A stretch of 63,698 nt of DNA, filler included, from Octopus bimaculoides (GCF_001194135.2; 5 parts of 5 records of this genome joined end to end with filler, not necessarily neighbours in it); one strand, 5' to 3'; counted from the first letter of the whole stretch, positions 24,019-35,657 are shown. Notes: generated by a model from the sequence alone, not told the origin. Program-made: numbers and translations.

Positions 24019-24574
24019 GAGTAAGAGAGCAGTGCATGCCATCAAAGTGACACTGGGGTAAACTATACGAAGCCCATTATACCCATCATGACTACCCAGC
24101 TGATAAGAGTACACCAGGAACATGCATCACAACCATATGTGCGTGACATGGTGATCTCATATCAAGATAAACAGCACATGACCTAGCAAGTGGGGCCCAG
24201 TTAGAATTTTATTCAGGTCGAGTAGCCTATCCCACTCAAAAGGTCCCTGAATAAGGTTCGTTTAAGGATGTTGAGCAAAACACCCATGTTTCCAAAGGTG
24301 AATTATTCAAACCCCAAAGAATTCCTCTCAACACATGGCTATAATGCTCCCCCACTACTTCTGCTCATGATCAGAGATGCACATATCATCAGCCCCCAAG
24401 GGACATGCTCAACTGGTTAAGGTCAAACAACTGACAAGCAAATCTGTGGTATTGAGCAGAATATTTGCTGTAGCCCATCTTTTATACCAAGACAAAACAA
24501 TGTACATGATAACACTTTCAATCAATTAAGATGAGAAGCCATGAGAGCCACTGCCTGGTACTGCATCCGGGCAT
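24019..24574 (-). mobile_element. Family D non-coding element in (TAA)n (copy 2, longer)
   Basis: Minus-strand 3' end ...GATGGCATGCACTGCTCTCTTACTCAATAATAAT; (ATT)n on both flanks. Confidence 0.85.
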
Positions 24575-24619
24575 TTATTATTATCATTATTAATATTATT
24601 ATTATTATTGTTTTTATTA

Positions 24620-24681
<62 letters not shown>

Positions 24682-24894
24682 TCCATTTTTGTCTTTCGGA
24701 TAGCGTTCCTGTTTTTTTCTTTTCTTTCATAACTAAGCGGATTGTTGTAATCAATCTTAGAATTTGGCTATTATATATCATGTTGTTACGTGTGTTTTTG
24801 TCGGTGCATCCGTACGTGCTCATATATTTGATGTGCGCATACGTCTGCGTAATAACTGCACACCAAGTAGTTATGCTAATTTGCAAATTTGCAG

Positions 24895-24975
24895 AGGTCT
24901 GTCGTTCGTTTCAGTTTGGTTTATTTTCCTAATGATGTGGGTACTACTCAAGGGAACCATTTTCTTAGATTTAAG
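24895..24975 (+). CDS. Candidate exon 1 of an unidentified membrane protein (alternative acceptor 24915)
   Basis: Acceptor gctaatttgcaaatttgcag; GLSFVSVWFIFLMMWVLLKGTIFLDLR; weak donor AAG|gttgct; phase 2 fits the next candidate exon. Confidence 0.3.
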
Positions 24976-25664
24976 GTTGCTCTGATAAGGTACTATTTTG
25001 TAGCCTATTCCCTTCCTGAATTCTTACCACAATGGCTATGACTATTGTATGTATCCAAGCCTCCATATTCTTGTTACGTCTATCAATAAATCTATCTGTA
25101 TTTCACGTGTTTTGTTTTCTGTATAATTTGATTGATATGTTCCTGTCCACAGGACATGACACATCAATCATACTATACATTCTGTTCTAATGCTATTTTT
25201 TATTTCTTTTTTAATATCTTTTAACCGTATCCGGTCGATTGACCAAGATCTCCTTGTCAGTGTTCACTTAAAATTATGATTATGATTGTTATTACTGACG
25301 GCAGTGGTTGTCAGAGTTGGTAGAGCATCTAAAAAAAATATCTTGTGCCTTTAGTTACGACTCTCATTGTTTCGAGTTCGAATTTACATCCTTCCGGAAT
25401 CGATAAAATACCGCTCCAGTCAAATAGTGGATCGTGCCCGAATTAGAAGCAATTATTGAGGGCAGAGTTTTCAAAGAATGGAGCTAAACAAAAATGCCTT
25501 GCGGTATTTAGTTACGCCTGAGTTCTAACGTCAAATTTGCTTTTTATCCTTCTAGGGGGCCGATAAAATAAAAATCAGTCTAGTAGTGTAGTAGCTGTGA
25601 TCGACTAACCCCCCCTCCTTCTAAAATTAGTGGCCAAAATTTGAAACTATTATTATCATCATCA

Positions 25665-25752
<88 letters not shown>

Positions 25753-25987
25753 NNNNNNNNNNNNNNNNNNNNNNNNNNNNNNNNNNNNNNNNNNNNNNNN
25801 NNNNNNNNNNNNNNNNNNNNNNNNNNNNNNNNNNNNNNNNNNNNNNNNNNNNNNNNNNNNNNNNNNNNNNNNNNNNNNNNNNNNNNNNNNNNNNNNNNNN
25901 NNNNNNNNNNNNNNNNNNNNNNNNNNNNNNNNNNNNNNNNNNNNNNNNNNNNNNNNNNNNNNNNNNNNNNNNNNNNNNNNNNNNNNN

Positions 25988-26071
<84 letters not shown>

Positions 26072-26072
26072 G

Positions 26073-26283
26073 GGTGGCAAGCCGGCAGTTTCGTTTCCGC
26101 GCCGGACAAAATGCTTAACAGTATTTCTTCCCACTTTATGTTCTGCGTTCAAATGCCGCCGGGGTCGACTTTGCATTTCATCCTCTCGGCGTCGATAAAT
26201 TAAGTACCAGTCAAGTACTGAGGTCGATGTGATCAAATTGTCCCCTCCCCCAAAATGTCAGGCCTTGTGACTATTGTAGAAGG
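26073..26283 (+). mobile_element. SINE family B within (ATT)n
   Basis: Full-length copy with A/B-box-like head and (ATT)n tail. Confidence 0.8.
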
Positions 26284-26445
26284 GATTATTATTATGATTA
26301 ATAATTGTTGCATCACCGAAGACAGCGTCTTTGGACACGCTTGTTCCAGATTCCTGTCAACAATGAATTTCGGCCTTCACTGTCTCTACCATTCGGTAAA
26401 AATAAAATCATAGTATTATTATTTATATATTCTTTATTATTTCAG

Positions 26446-26515
26446 AATGTCATGGAAATTTCGTGAGGGAATTCACTCCTATGAACGAGCCAACAAATTT
26501 GGTTTTCTTTTGATG
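26446..26515 (+). CDS. Candidate exon 2
   Basis: Strong acceptor ttctttattatttcag and strong donor ATG|gtgagc; only one frame open: MSWKFREGIHSYERANKFGFLLM. Confidence 0.45.
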
Positions 26516-26929
26516 GTGAGCGAGAGTTAATCAATTTCCACGAGCTTTATATGACATTACCTTCATGTAAGTCAATATGACGTACGCTATATCTCGGAAA
26601 GATCTCAACTAGTCTCATTGTTTGGATGCTGTAAGCTGTATTTTCTTTTTGGATGGGGGATTTTGAAAAATTTCCAGTTTTCTATCGGTTGCAAATATTT
26701 TCCACTCACACACAATAGAGAGCACGTGAAAATTAATTCATGTACCACAGATGGCATCTCGTTCTTATGTAATAAACAAGCAGTCCACATCGAATCAACG
26801 AGATCAAATTTAAGTGTTACAAAGAGGGGCGTTAGCATGTACGCTCTGCTTGCTAGAAGTAGCAGTAAAATTCCTTCCATTTTGTTAAAGAAATGACACT
26901 TTAAATAATGCGGTCCTACGTACTCTAAA

Positions 26930-27305
26930 ATAATGGTTTCAAATTTTGGTACTTTTTTATTAACCCCCAAAAGGATGAAAGGCAAAGTTAACTTCGGCGG
27001 AACGTAAAGACAGACGAAATGCCGCTAAGCATTTAGCCCAGCATGCTAATGTTTCTACCAGCTCGCCGCCTTCACATACGCTAACGTAATGGTTTCAAAT
27101 TTTGGTGCAATGCTAGCAATTTCGGTGAAGGGGTTAACCCGATTACATCGACCCCAGTGATAAACTGGTACTTATTTTATCGACCACGAAAGTATGAACG
27201 GCTAAGTCAATCTCGGCAGATTTGAACTCAGAACGTAAAACCAGACGAAACGCCGCTAAGCATTTAGCCCGGCATGCTAACGATTTTGCTAGCTTGCCGC
27301 CTTCA
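26930..27305 (-). mobile_element. Two adjacent SINE family B copies
   Basis: Two head-to-tail minus-strand copies (about 26930-27075 and 27090-27305). Confidence 0.75.
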
Positions 27306-27419
27306 CACACCCTAAAATAATGCAATGTCTTTAATCAACAGTATGTCACGCAAACACGATATTTGAACATCCAATCATAAGTTTGATTGTGTGATTTAGG
27401 CCAACGGCCGTTGTCTTTT

Positions 27420-27893
27420 ATCTATTACTTGTTTCAGTGATTGGACGGCGCCCATACTGGGGATCCGGCTTGAAACGTTTAGTCCAACAAATTGAAACCA
27501 GTACTCATTTTTTCAGTGTGGTTTTCATTCTATTGGTCTCTTTTACCGAACCAGTAAGTTACGAGAACGTAAGCAAACCAGCACTGGTTGTCAAGATGTG
27601 TGGGGGGGAAGAGACAAACACCAATAAAACGATTCCCACATACATTCATACATACATATATACATACATACATACATGTATACGCACATACATACACTCA
27701 CACACACACAAACACATACATACATATAACAGGTTTCCACACAGTTTCCGTCTGCCAGATTCACTCACAAGACAATAGTCGGTCTGGGGCTAAAGTAAAA
27801 GACGTATGCCCAGGGTTCCGTGCAGTGAACTGAACCCTAAGCCTCGTGGCTGGAAAGCGAAATTCTTAACCGCACCGCCTTACATAAAACGAG
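27420..27893 (-). mobile_element. SINE family A with internal microsatellite
   Basis: Diverged head, (ATAC)n interior and family A tail. Confidence 0.7.
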
Positions 27894-27982
27894 TATTTGA
27901 ATCTCTCATAAAATGTAATTCACCCAAACAAGTAAATTCTTTCTTTCACGTCCTCTCTCCCCCTTTCTCTCTCTCTCCTCTA

Positions 27983-28078
<96 letters not shown>

Positions 28079-28204
28079 TCTAGGAACACAGTAAAAAGAA
28101 GTATATTCGTTGCAAACATTACTCGAAAGACAAATTAGTTGAAAGACATATTTGTCGGAAGGAAAATTGGTCGAAGGTAGATGCCTAGAAAAAAAAAATT
28201 AACA

Positions 28205-28590
28205 CAGGTGCAGGTGTGACTGTGTGGTAAGAAGCTTGCTCCCCAACTACATGTTTCTGGGTTCAGTCCTACTGTGTGGCACCTTGGGCAAGTGTCTTCT
28301 ATAGCCTCGAGAGCCAACCAAAGTCTTGTGAGTAGATTTGGTAGACGGAAACTGAAAGACCGTCGATGTGTGTGTGTGTGTGTGTGTTTCCTTGGCCTTC
28401 ACTTGACAACTGGTGGTGATGTGCTTACGTTCCTGTAAACTAGCGGTTCGGCATGAGAGTCCGATAAAATAAGTACCAGGCTTTAAAAAAAAACAATACG
28501 TACAGGAGTCGATTCATTCGACTAAAAAAAGCTCTTCCAGTCTGCACGGCCGCAGACTAATGATTGAAATAAGTAAACGATTAAAAATAA
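28205..28590 (+). mobile_element. SINE family A (tRNA-like head + CORE-like CACCTTGGGCAAG segment)
   Basis: GCAGGTGTGACTGTGTGGTAAGAAGCTTG..GGGTTCAGTCCT..GGCACCTTGGGCAAGTG, internal (TG)n, then the tail. Confidence 0.8.
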
Positions 28591-29285
28591 AAGATTAAAT
28601 TGCATCGAAATTGAATATCGACTAATTATTAAACATCCTATAGTAATTTTGAAGTAAGGATGAAATGTTTTTCAAATGAAATATACTTTCAATCTATTTT
28701 CATGTTGTCAATTTTCATTTCATGGAAATATAAATATAGAAAATATCGAATATTAATCTCGTATAACTTTTTAAATATTACTTATCATAATTTTAAAACG
28801 ATAAGAGCAAATTGTTTTTGTTTTGTTTTTTTCATGGAAATGTATTTTAATTGTTTTATTTTTATGTTTGGATGTTTAATATGTATATCGTCCGGCAATG
28901 TTTTAACTTCTTTGCTTGCAATAATCTATATATTAATACAATGGTATGTTCCTACATACTTTTCATGTTACGCTAAGTAATTCATATAGAGTAAGAAACA
29001 GTTGGTAGTTATGGTAGTGGTGGTGGTGGTTGCATCGCTAGAGGAGGAAGCATCGTTTGAACAGTGAATGGAGAAAAGATACAGAAAGAGAGACAGACAG
29101 ACAGACAAACAGACAAAGTAGTAAACTATATAAAGAGTAAAAACAAGAGAAAATAAACAGGGTATGAGTGAGAAAAAACAGGGAGAGACGAAAATAGTGA
29201 CGTCAATTAAGAAATAAAGAGAGAAAATGTGGGAGAAAAGAAGAAAATAGATAAATCCAGAAAAAAAAAACAAGTCATGATAACC

Positions 29286-29498
29286 ATTTCTACTAAAGGC
29301 ACAAGGCTTGAAATTTTGGGGAATGGGGCTAGCTGATTACATCGACCCCAACGTTTCACTAGTACTTAATTTATCGACCCCGAAAGGATGAAAGGCAAAG
29401 TCGACCTCGGCGGAATTTGAACTCAGAACTTAAAGGCGGACGAAATACTGCTGAGCATTTTACCTGGCGTGCTAACGATTCTGCCAGCTCGCCGCCCT
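29286..29498 (-). mobile_element. SINE family B
   Basis: Near-consensus full-length copy. Confidence 0.85.
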
Positions 29499-30294
29499 AA
29501 TATAAGTCATCATAATAAACACAAGTATAGCTGGAAGGTAGGTTAAGAAACTTGCTTTGCAACCCNNNNNNNNNNNNNNNNNNNNNNNNNNNNNNNNNNN
29601 NNNNNNNNNTTAATTAATTAANNNNNNNNNNNNNNNNNNNNNNNNNNNNNNNNNNNNNNNNNNNNGAATCAGGTTCTTTCCTTGGCTCGTGTTTACACGC
29701 TAATCCGGCACTCTGCTGACGAAAGCTCCCGAGTTAGATATACTTTTATCTTGCTAAATAGCTTGAAACCATGGTACAGAGTATAGACTGGTAAAAATGT
29801 TTTTATTTTTCATTTTCTTTCGAAATTATCCCTATTTTTGTGGTATAGAGTTTTTTGCTGCTCTTTCTAGCGGGTTAGATGTCCTATTATAGGCATCTCT
29901 ATATTTTAAATGAATAATATATATATATATATATAAACAAAACGCACTATGTATGTGCGATCGATAAAACTGAAGGACCGCTGCAATAAGTGTGTAAATC
30001 TGAAAGGGGAGTATATTGAATAAAATCATAATTAACTGACCCCCCTGTATTTTCTTTTACCCAAAAACCTGGAACTTTAATGCACCCCAACACACTTTTC
30101 AGAACACACGCACACATACACACACACGGATTTGTTAAGCTTTATCAAAATTCTATAAACTCGTTAAGTTTGGCGTAAATTGACAAGTTTTGTAATTTTT
30201 CATTTTGTATATCGTTGTGAACAGTAGCTCATCAGTTGCGACTCCGGTAAGATTTAAGAGGGAAGCTGTATGGAAGATTTTAAAGTAATCAAAT

Positions 30295-30525
30295 CATGAA
30301 CTCGACATCAATAGAATGTTTGTTTCCATACTTTCTACAACGGAAACAATGTATCGGGTGAGGACTATTCTGACTCTTGATGACTCCGCCTGGATAGAAC
30401 GCTACGCAGTGAACAGGGACAATGTAAAACGAAAGTACCTGCTCACAGAGACAAGGAGCCGCCCGATCCGGAAATCGAAACTGCATCTTTATGATTACCC
30501 TAACGACTAGGCCGTGTGCCTTCAC
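30295..30525 (-). mobile_element. Old tRNA-derived SINE (head related to 40768-41043)
   Basis: Minus strand GGCCTAGTCGTTAGGG..GTTTCGATTTCCGGATCGGG..GAGCAGGTACTTT. Confidence 0.55.
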
Positions 30526-30582
30526 AACTGATACTTATCTAAAGTTGTTTATTGACAATGTTAATACGTAACATCTGCTTAA

Positions 30583-30800
30583 TGGCGGTGAGCTGACAAA
30601 ATCGTTACATCGCCAGGCAAAATGCTTAGCAGCATTTCGTCCGTCTTCAAATTCTAAGTTCAATTTCCACCGATGTCGACTTTGCTTTTCATCCTTCCAG
30701 GATCGATAAAATAAGTATCAGCTGATCACTGAGGTCATTGTAATCGAACTTAACCCCTTTCCTGAAATTACTGGCCTCGAGTCAACATTTGAAACTAATA
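30583..30800 (+). mobile_element. SINE family B
   Basis: GGCGGTGAGCTGACAAAATCGTT...GGATCGATAAAATAAGTA. Confidence 0.8.
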
Positions 30801-31327
30801 TGTAGCATCTGTTTAAAGTTGTTTGTTAATAAATAGCAATAAGCTGTTACTGGATCGACTCTGTAGTTTTGAGTTTTAGTTGGATATTTGCTACATTCCT
30901 ATTGCTACCGGGATAGAGAACGAGCTAATGTAGGAACCTTTCCATGGTTACTCAACTTGTTAGAAACAGCAGCTAAATCACACATAAGCTTGTCTCTCCT
31001 TTTCATATGAAAGGAAGAGCGTTCATTAGTGCACTCTTAAATAAAATATATTTAAAAAAGAGGAGATGCTCACAAAATCCTTTTCCATGCGCTCTACTGA
31101 CACAGATATCTTCGCTATCCCTTACAAAGTAAATTATTACGAGCCAAGGCAAGAAGCAACAACAAGTAGTAAAGACAGTAACACCCTATAATCTTAGAAA
31201 ATAGGGGGAAACATTTGACAGAGCAGTTCTAGATACATAAAATATAGGCTAGTCATAGCTGGAACACTTACTGCTTTTAGTCATTGTACGTCTGTTCGAT
31301 GTAAAGTTATCAACGTTGTTTCACTAG

Positions 31328-31408
31328 ATACTGGGTCAATTTTGGAAGCCGCTTAGTCAATGGAATTGGCATTATTTTTGATGTTTTTTTCTTTTGTCTA
31401 GAAATCAG
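31328..31408 (+). CDS. Candidate exon 3 (81 nt, phase 2-2)
   Basis: Acceptor gttgtttcactag and perfect donor CAG|gtaagt; single open frame YWVNFGSRLVNGIGIIFDVFFFCLEI. Confidence 0.4.
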
Positions 31409-31615
31409 GTAAGTAAGTAGTAATGTTGATTCCGGTCTGCTTTGAAATCGGGTTGCTGGTTCCAAACTCTGTGATTTGGACCACGTAGTAAAGTGTTTTA
31501 CAGTTTCTGTCATCTCACTAAGCTGCCTCCAAGAAGTAAATTATTAGTTTTAACGACAGGTTTAAAAGAGTTAAAGTTTACACAATCAGTTCTATAAACA
31601 ATCCGTATATATTTA

Positions 31616-31648
<33 letters not shown>

Positions 31649-32058
31649 ATGTATGTATGTATGTATGTATGTATATGTATGTATGTATATGCACGTATGC
31701 ATATATATATATATATACGTATGTGTGTATGTATATGTACGTATGTATGTATGTGTATGTATATATATATGTATATGTATGTAAATATGCATATATATAT
31801 ATGTATATACATTATAATATACATGTATATCTATATATATGTGTGTGTGTGTGTCTAGCTATCCATACATACATACATACCTACATATATATTTACGCAC
31901 ATATATTTATGTACATTTTGTTATAATGTTATAACGTACGGGATAAAATGGGCTAGTAGTGTACACTCAATTACAAATAGCAGACTTGTACAATTTACAA
32001 ATGTTTTTTAAGAGAGAGAGAGAGGGGGAAGAGTAGAAAACGTTCTAATTATTCCAAG

Positions 32059-32158
32059 ATATTGCCCGAATACGGTTATTTAGAGTATATCGGCATTTTG
32101 TTATCAAAGCGTTCATGTTATTTTGCAAGAAATGGGAACTCGGAACTGTCACGTTTAG
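32059..32158 (+). CDS. Candidate exon 4 (100 nt)
   Basis: Acceptor ctaattattccaag and donor TAG|gtgaga; two frames open (IARIRLFRVYRHFVIKAFMLFCKKWELGTVTF or ILPEYGYLEYIGILLSKRSCYFARNGNSELSRL). Confidence 0.35.
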
Positions 32159-32593
32159 GTGAGAGAAGAAGAAAGAAAAGAAAGAAAACATAATACAATA
32201 AATTAATAATTTCATCTTGAAATGATCTTTGATGGATTGTTTAGAGTTTAAGAACAAATGTTTGTCGCTAAATCTCTCTGAATATATAGTGGGGCGGGGG
32301 GACAACAACCAAAACAAAAAATGGGAAAAAGAAAGGAGGCCTGCTGACATGTGTTACACTGTAGAAATTATTTGGGTATGTCGTACATTTAACAAACAAC
32401 ACGTTAGAACTGATTGTTTTGATTGCCTTTTCAGAACAGTTATTTAGGGTTTTTTATACACTCCAATATTATGCAGGAATAAAGTGCTTTATTTGACTAT
32501 TTGTTGATATATTAGTTTATATTAACAAGTAGAGCAGTTAAACTAACGCAAACTAGTATTAACTTTACCTTTGATACAAAACAATATTCACTT

Positions 32594-32655
32594 TAAAGTG
32601 TAGTATATTGCCACTTAAGTGTGGCTGACCCCTAGTGGCAATATACTACACTTTA
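32594..32655. other. Perfect 22-bp inverted repeat with 18-nt loop
   Basis: TAAAGTGTAGTATATTGCCACT / AGTGGCAATATACTACACTTTA. Confidence 0.9.
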
Positions 32656-33479
32656 TCGTGCAGTTACTGTTAATACTTCATTTAGAGAATTAACATTGCT
32701 TGTAATATTCACTTTATTATTTTTTAAATTTGAAATCAACTTTGCCTTTCATTAATATTGGGAGATAACTCTACTGGCACAGCAATGCCGTCAACTGTAC
32801 CTGCCTGTGATGCATACAGAGCGATGAAACAGTTCTGCGCACACTCGTCCATCATCCAGTGTTCGAGCGTTGCAGGATTGAGATAAATGCCGACTCTTCA
32901 CGTTTTGAGTTCATATTTCAGCGAGGTCGACTTTACCTTCCTTCATCGAGGTCGATAAAAGAATAATCAGCAGGAAAGTACTGGGGTCTATGTAACCGAT
33001 TATATTTTGACCTTATTTCTAGCTATGCGTCTATCAAAGACATAAAAATTGTTATTTGTTAAAAACTCACGAATGTTGGTTGTAGCAATTCTTCCATTTT
33101 TTGCAATGTTTAGAGTAATTATATTTAAACGTAGCAATGAATTAAAAGAAGCTTACAAGTTTGAATATTCTTTAACTCTTTTGGTGTACCTGCGTTAACC
33201 ATCAGATTTGCAAAGAGAAAGAAACTTCACATTTTAGAGTCTCAAAATAATTTAAGCATTAAATTAACATTTCTCGATGTCATTGTGTTAAACAGACACA
33301 AGAAGTAGATAAAATTGTTTAATTCAATGCGTAATAAAGGCGAATACTATATGCATCAGGATTCTGTAATATTTTAAATTTCATTGTTAATTGCTTCAGT
33401 TAAACATTCGGGTGTAATTCTGTATTTTTGGTCACTGAAGATGCGTAGTGTCATCACTACTGTATGTTTAATTTCTATA

Positions 33480-34110
33480 GATCGTTAATGGTGGGCAAAA
33501 ACAATGACGTTCTCGAGGAGATTCTGGATGTCGATGAAAATCTCTTCAGGAGGGTTTTCGAGTCGGGGCCATGGATAATTTCCAGAAATCCATAACTGGT
33601 AGTCCTTCTAGCGGTAGGGAAGGGTTGTCGGTTCGAGATAAACACCGCTGGAACAAAAATGTCAACCAAAGTTGCTCGTGATGCGCACAAAGCGATGGAA
33701 CTGGTCTGCGTGCACTCGTCCATCGCCCAATGTTCGAGCATTGTAGACTTGAAAAATTATGTCGAGCAGCTGCTGCTATATGCAGGACAGACCTAGCTAT
33801 CAGCTGAGTCCGTTGTAAAAATTGTCCCGCTGCATTAGCTGAGAAGATAAGACAATTTTTATTTGTATGGCAGCCTTAATCAAAAAGGTTTGTTGTGGAC
33901 CAGATTGAAAAGATTGAGGACAAGTACCCAACTCATTTAGCAAACCTTTATGAACATTTCACGTTTCACTCGAAAAGTAAAGTGAGAGCAGAAAGGGAAG
34001 TGCTGCCACTCAGCAAATTCTTTGAAAGATGGATGAGAGTGTGGATCATAGTCACTCGGAGTATGCAACTGTGGATAGATGAAGATAGAAGGCACTTCCC
34101 TTAGAGGTCG
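33480..34110 (+). mobile_element. L1/Tx1-clade LINE ORF2 C-terminal remnant (a related short fragment lies at about 32780-32875)
   Basis: DNFQKS..VRDK, AQCSSIVDLKNYVEQLL..SAESVVKIVP, WTRLK, FTFHSKSKVRAEREVLPLSKFFERW; frameshifted. The clade call is from recalled similarity. Confidence 0.65.
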
Positions 34111-34328
34111 ATTCTGATTTTGCAGAGTTTCCACGAGTAGCCTTTGAGGATTTCCGTCTTCTGGGAAATTATTTATTGTTTGGAATTATTCCTTTGCTAT
34201 TGTTATTCCCCTGTTTTTACACGCTCTTTCAAGTAATCCCATATTGTATTATCCTGCGCAGTTCCTTATGTTTTTGTGAACCTTGAGTGGTTGATAAAAA
34301 AAATCATCATCATCATCATTATTATTCA

Positions 34329-35010
34329 GGTGGCGAGGCAACGAGCTGGCGGAATCGTTAGCCCGTCAGGAAAAATGCTTAGCGGCATTTTGTCCGTTCT
34401 TACTTTCTGAGTTAAAATTCCTCCGAGGTCGACTTTGCCCTTTCATCCTTTCCGGGTCGATAAAATAAGTACCATTTGAGCACTGGAGTCGAATGAAATC
34501 GACTAGCCCCTCCCCTCCAAATTACAGGCCTTGTGCCTATAGTAGAAAAGATTATTAATATAATTAAGATGGTGAGGCAACGAGCTGGCGGAATCGTTCG
34601 CATGCCGGGTAAAATGCTTAGCAGCATTTCGTCCATCCTTACTGTCTGAGTTCAAATCTCGCCGAGGTCGACTCTGCCTTTCATCTTTTGGAGGTCGATA
34701 AAATAAGTACCATTTGAGCACTGGAGACGAATGAAATCGACTATCCCTCTCCCACAAAGTTTCAGGCCTTGTGTCTATAGGAGAAAATTGTTAATAAGGC
34801 GGGGAGCTAGCAGAATCGTTAGCGCGCTGGACAAAATGCTTAGCAGTATTTCGCTCGTCGCTACGTTCTGAGTTCAAATTCCGCCGAGATCAGCTTTGCC
34901 TTTCATCCTTTCGGAGTCGATAAGTTAAGTACCAGTGAAACACTGGAGTCGGCGTAATCGACTAATCCTCTCCCCACAAATTTCAGGCTATGTACCTCCA
35001 GTAGAAAGGA
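34329..35010 (+). mobile_element. Three head-to-tail SINE family B copies
   Basis: Copies start at about 34329, 34570 and 34797; period about 230-240 bp. Confidence 0.9.
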
Positions 35011-35034
35011 TTAATATTATTATTATTATTATTG

Positions 35035-35486
35035 TTCAGTAGTTTTATTTTTATAACGTGCTTTCACTTCACTACCGAGCGCAGCTCTGTGCGCCTTGGG
35101 TATGTGCTGTGGTTTGCTGTGGTGCTCTTATGGTTACTGTATTGAAAGTGTTTTGCGTAGGATGTGTGCTGTGCCCAGTAGTGCAATTTTCTGTATGTTA
35201 TATATATTTGTAAGTCCTGGTGTTTTGTTATGTATTTGTTTGAATATTTTTTTATTATACATAAGGCACCTACTATGATAGGAATTGTTTCTGTTTTTAG
35301 ATTCCACATTCGAGTTACCTCTATTTCCAGGTCTTTGTATTTTGAAAGTTTTTCCATTTCTTTTAGAGAGATGTTGTCATCTGCTGGTATTGATACATCA
35401 ATTAGAAAGTATTTTTTTTCTTCATGATCTTTGACAACTATATCTGGTCTATTTGCCTTAATTTCTCTATCTGTGTGTATTGGCAT
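35035..35486 (-). mobile_element. R4/Dong 3' end (REL domain + 3' UTR) between (TAA)n tracts
   Basis: PIHTDREIKANRPDIVVKD..LIDVSIPADDNISLKEMEKLSKYKDLEIEVTRMWNLKTETIPIIVGAL. Confidence 0.92.
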
Positions 35487-35560
35487 ATCCCAGAGTATGG
35501 TTGCTTTCTCGTTTTTATTTATTTATTTATTTATTATTATTATTATTATTGTTATTGTTG

Positions 35561-35657
<97 letters not shown>

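Noticed and set aside
32059-32110. Kv-channel S4 identity for IRLFRVYRHF
   Set aside because: The S4-S5 linker spacing does not match Kv families and no pore motif was found; kept only as a resemblance.
33157-33189. Minus-strand 33-nt exon-like piece (TPKELKNIQT)
   Set aside because: A similar sequence recurs at about 39965-39995, so it is a repeat fragment.
26316-33462. CTGANGA-like cores followed by hairpins at about 26318, 29719 and 33436
   Set aside because: Each lacks the downstream GAAA and cleavage half.
33480-33595. Apparent terminal exon (strong acceptor; SLMVGKNNDVLEEILDVDENLFRRVFESGPW)
   Set aside because: It is continuous with the frameshifted Tx1-type LINE ORF2 remnant running to 34110.
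21080-34110. Tx1 ORF1-like and ORF2 pieces as one disrupted element
   Set aside because: They are 12 kb apart with no intervening endonuclease or RT remnants, and the ORF1 call is itself weak.
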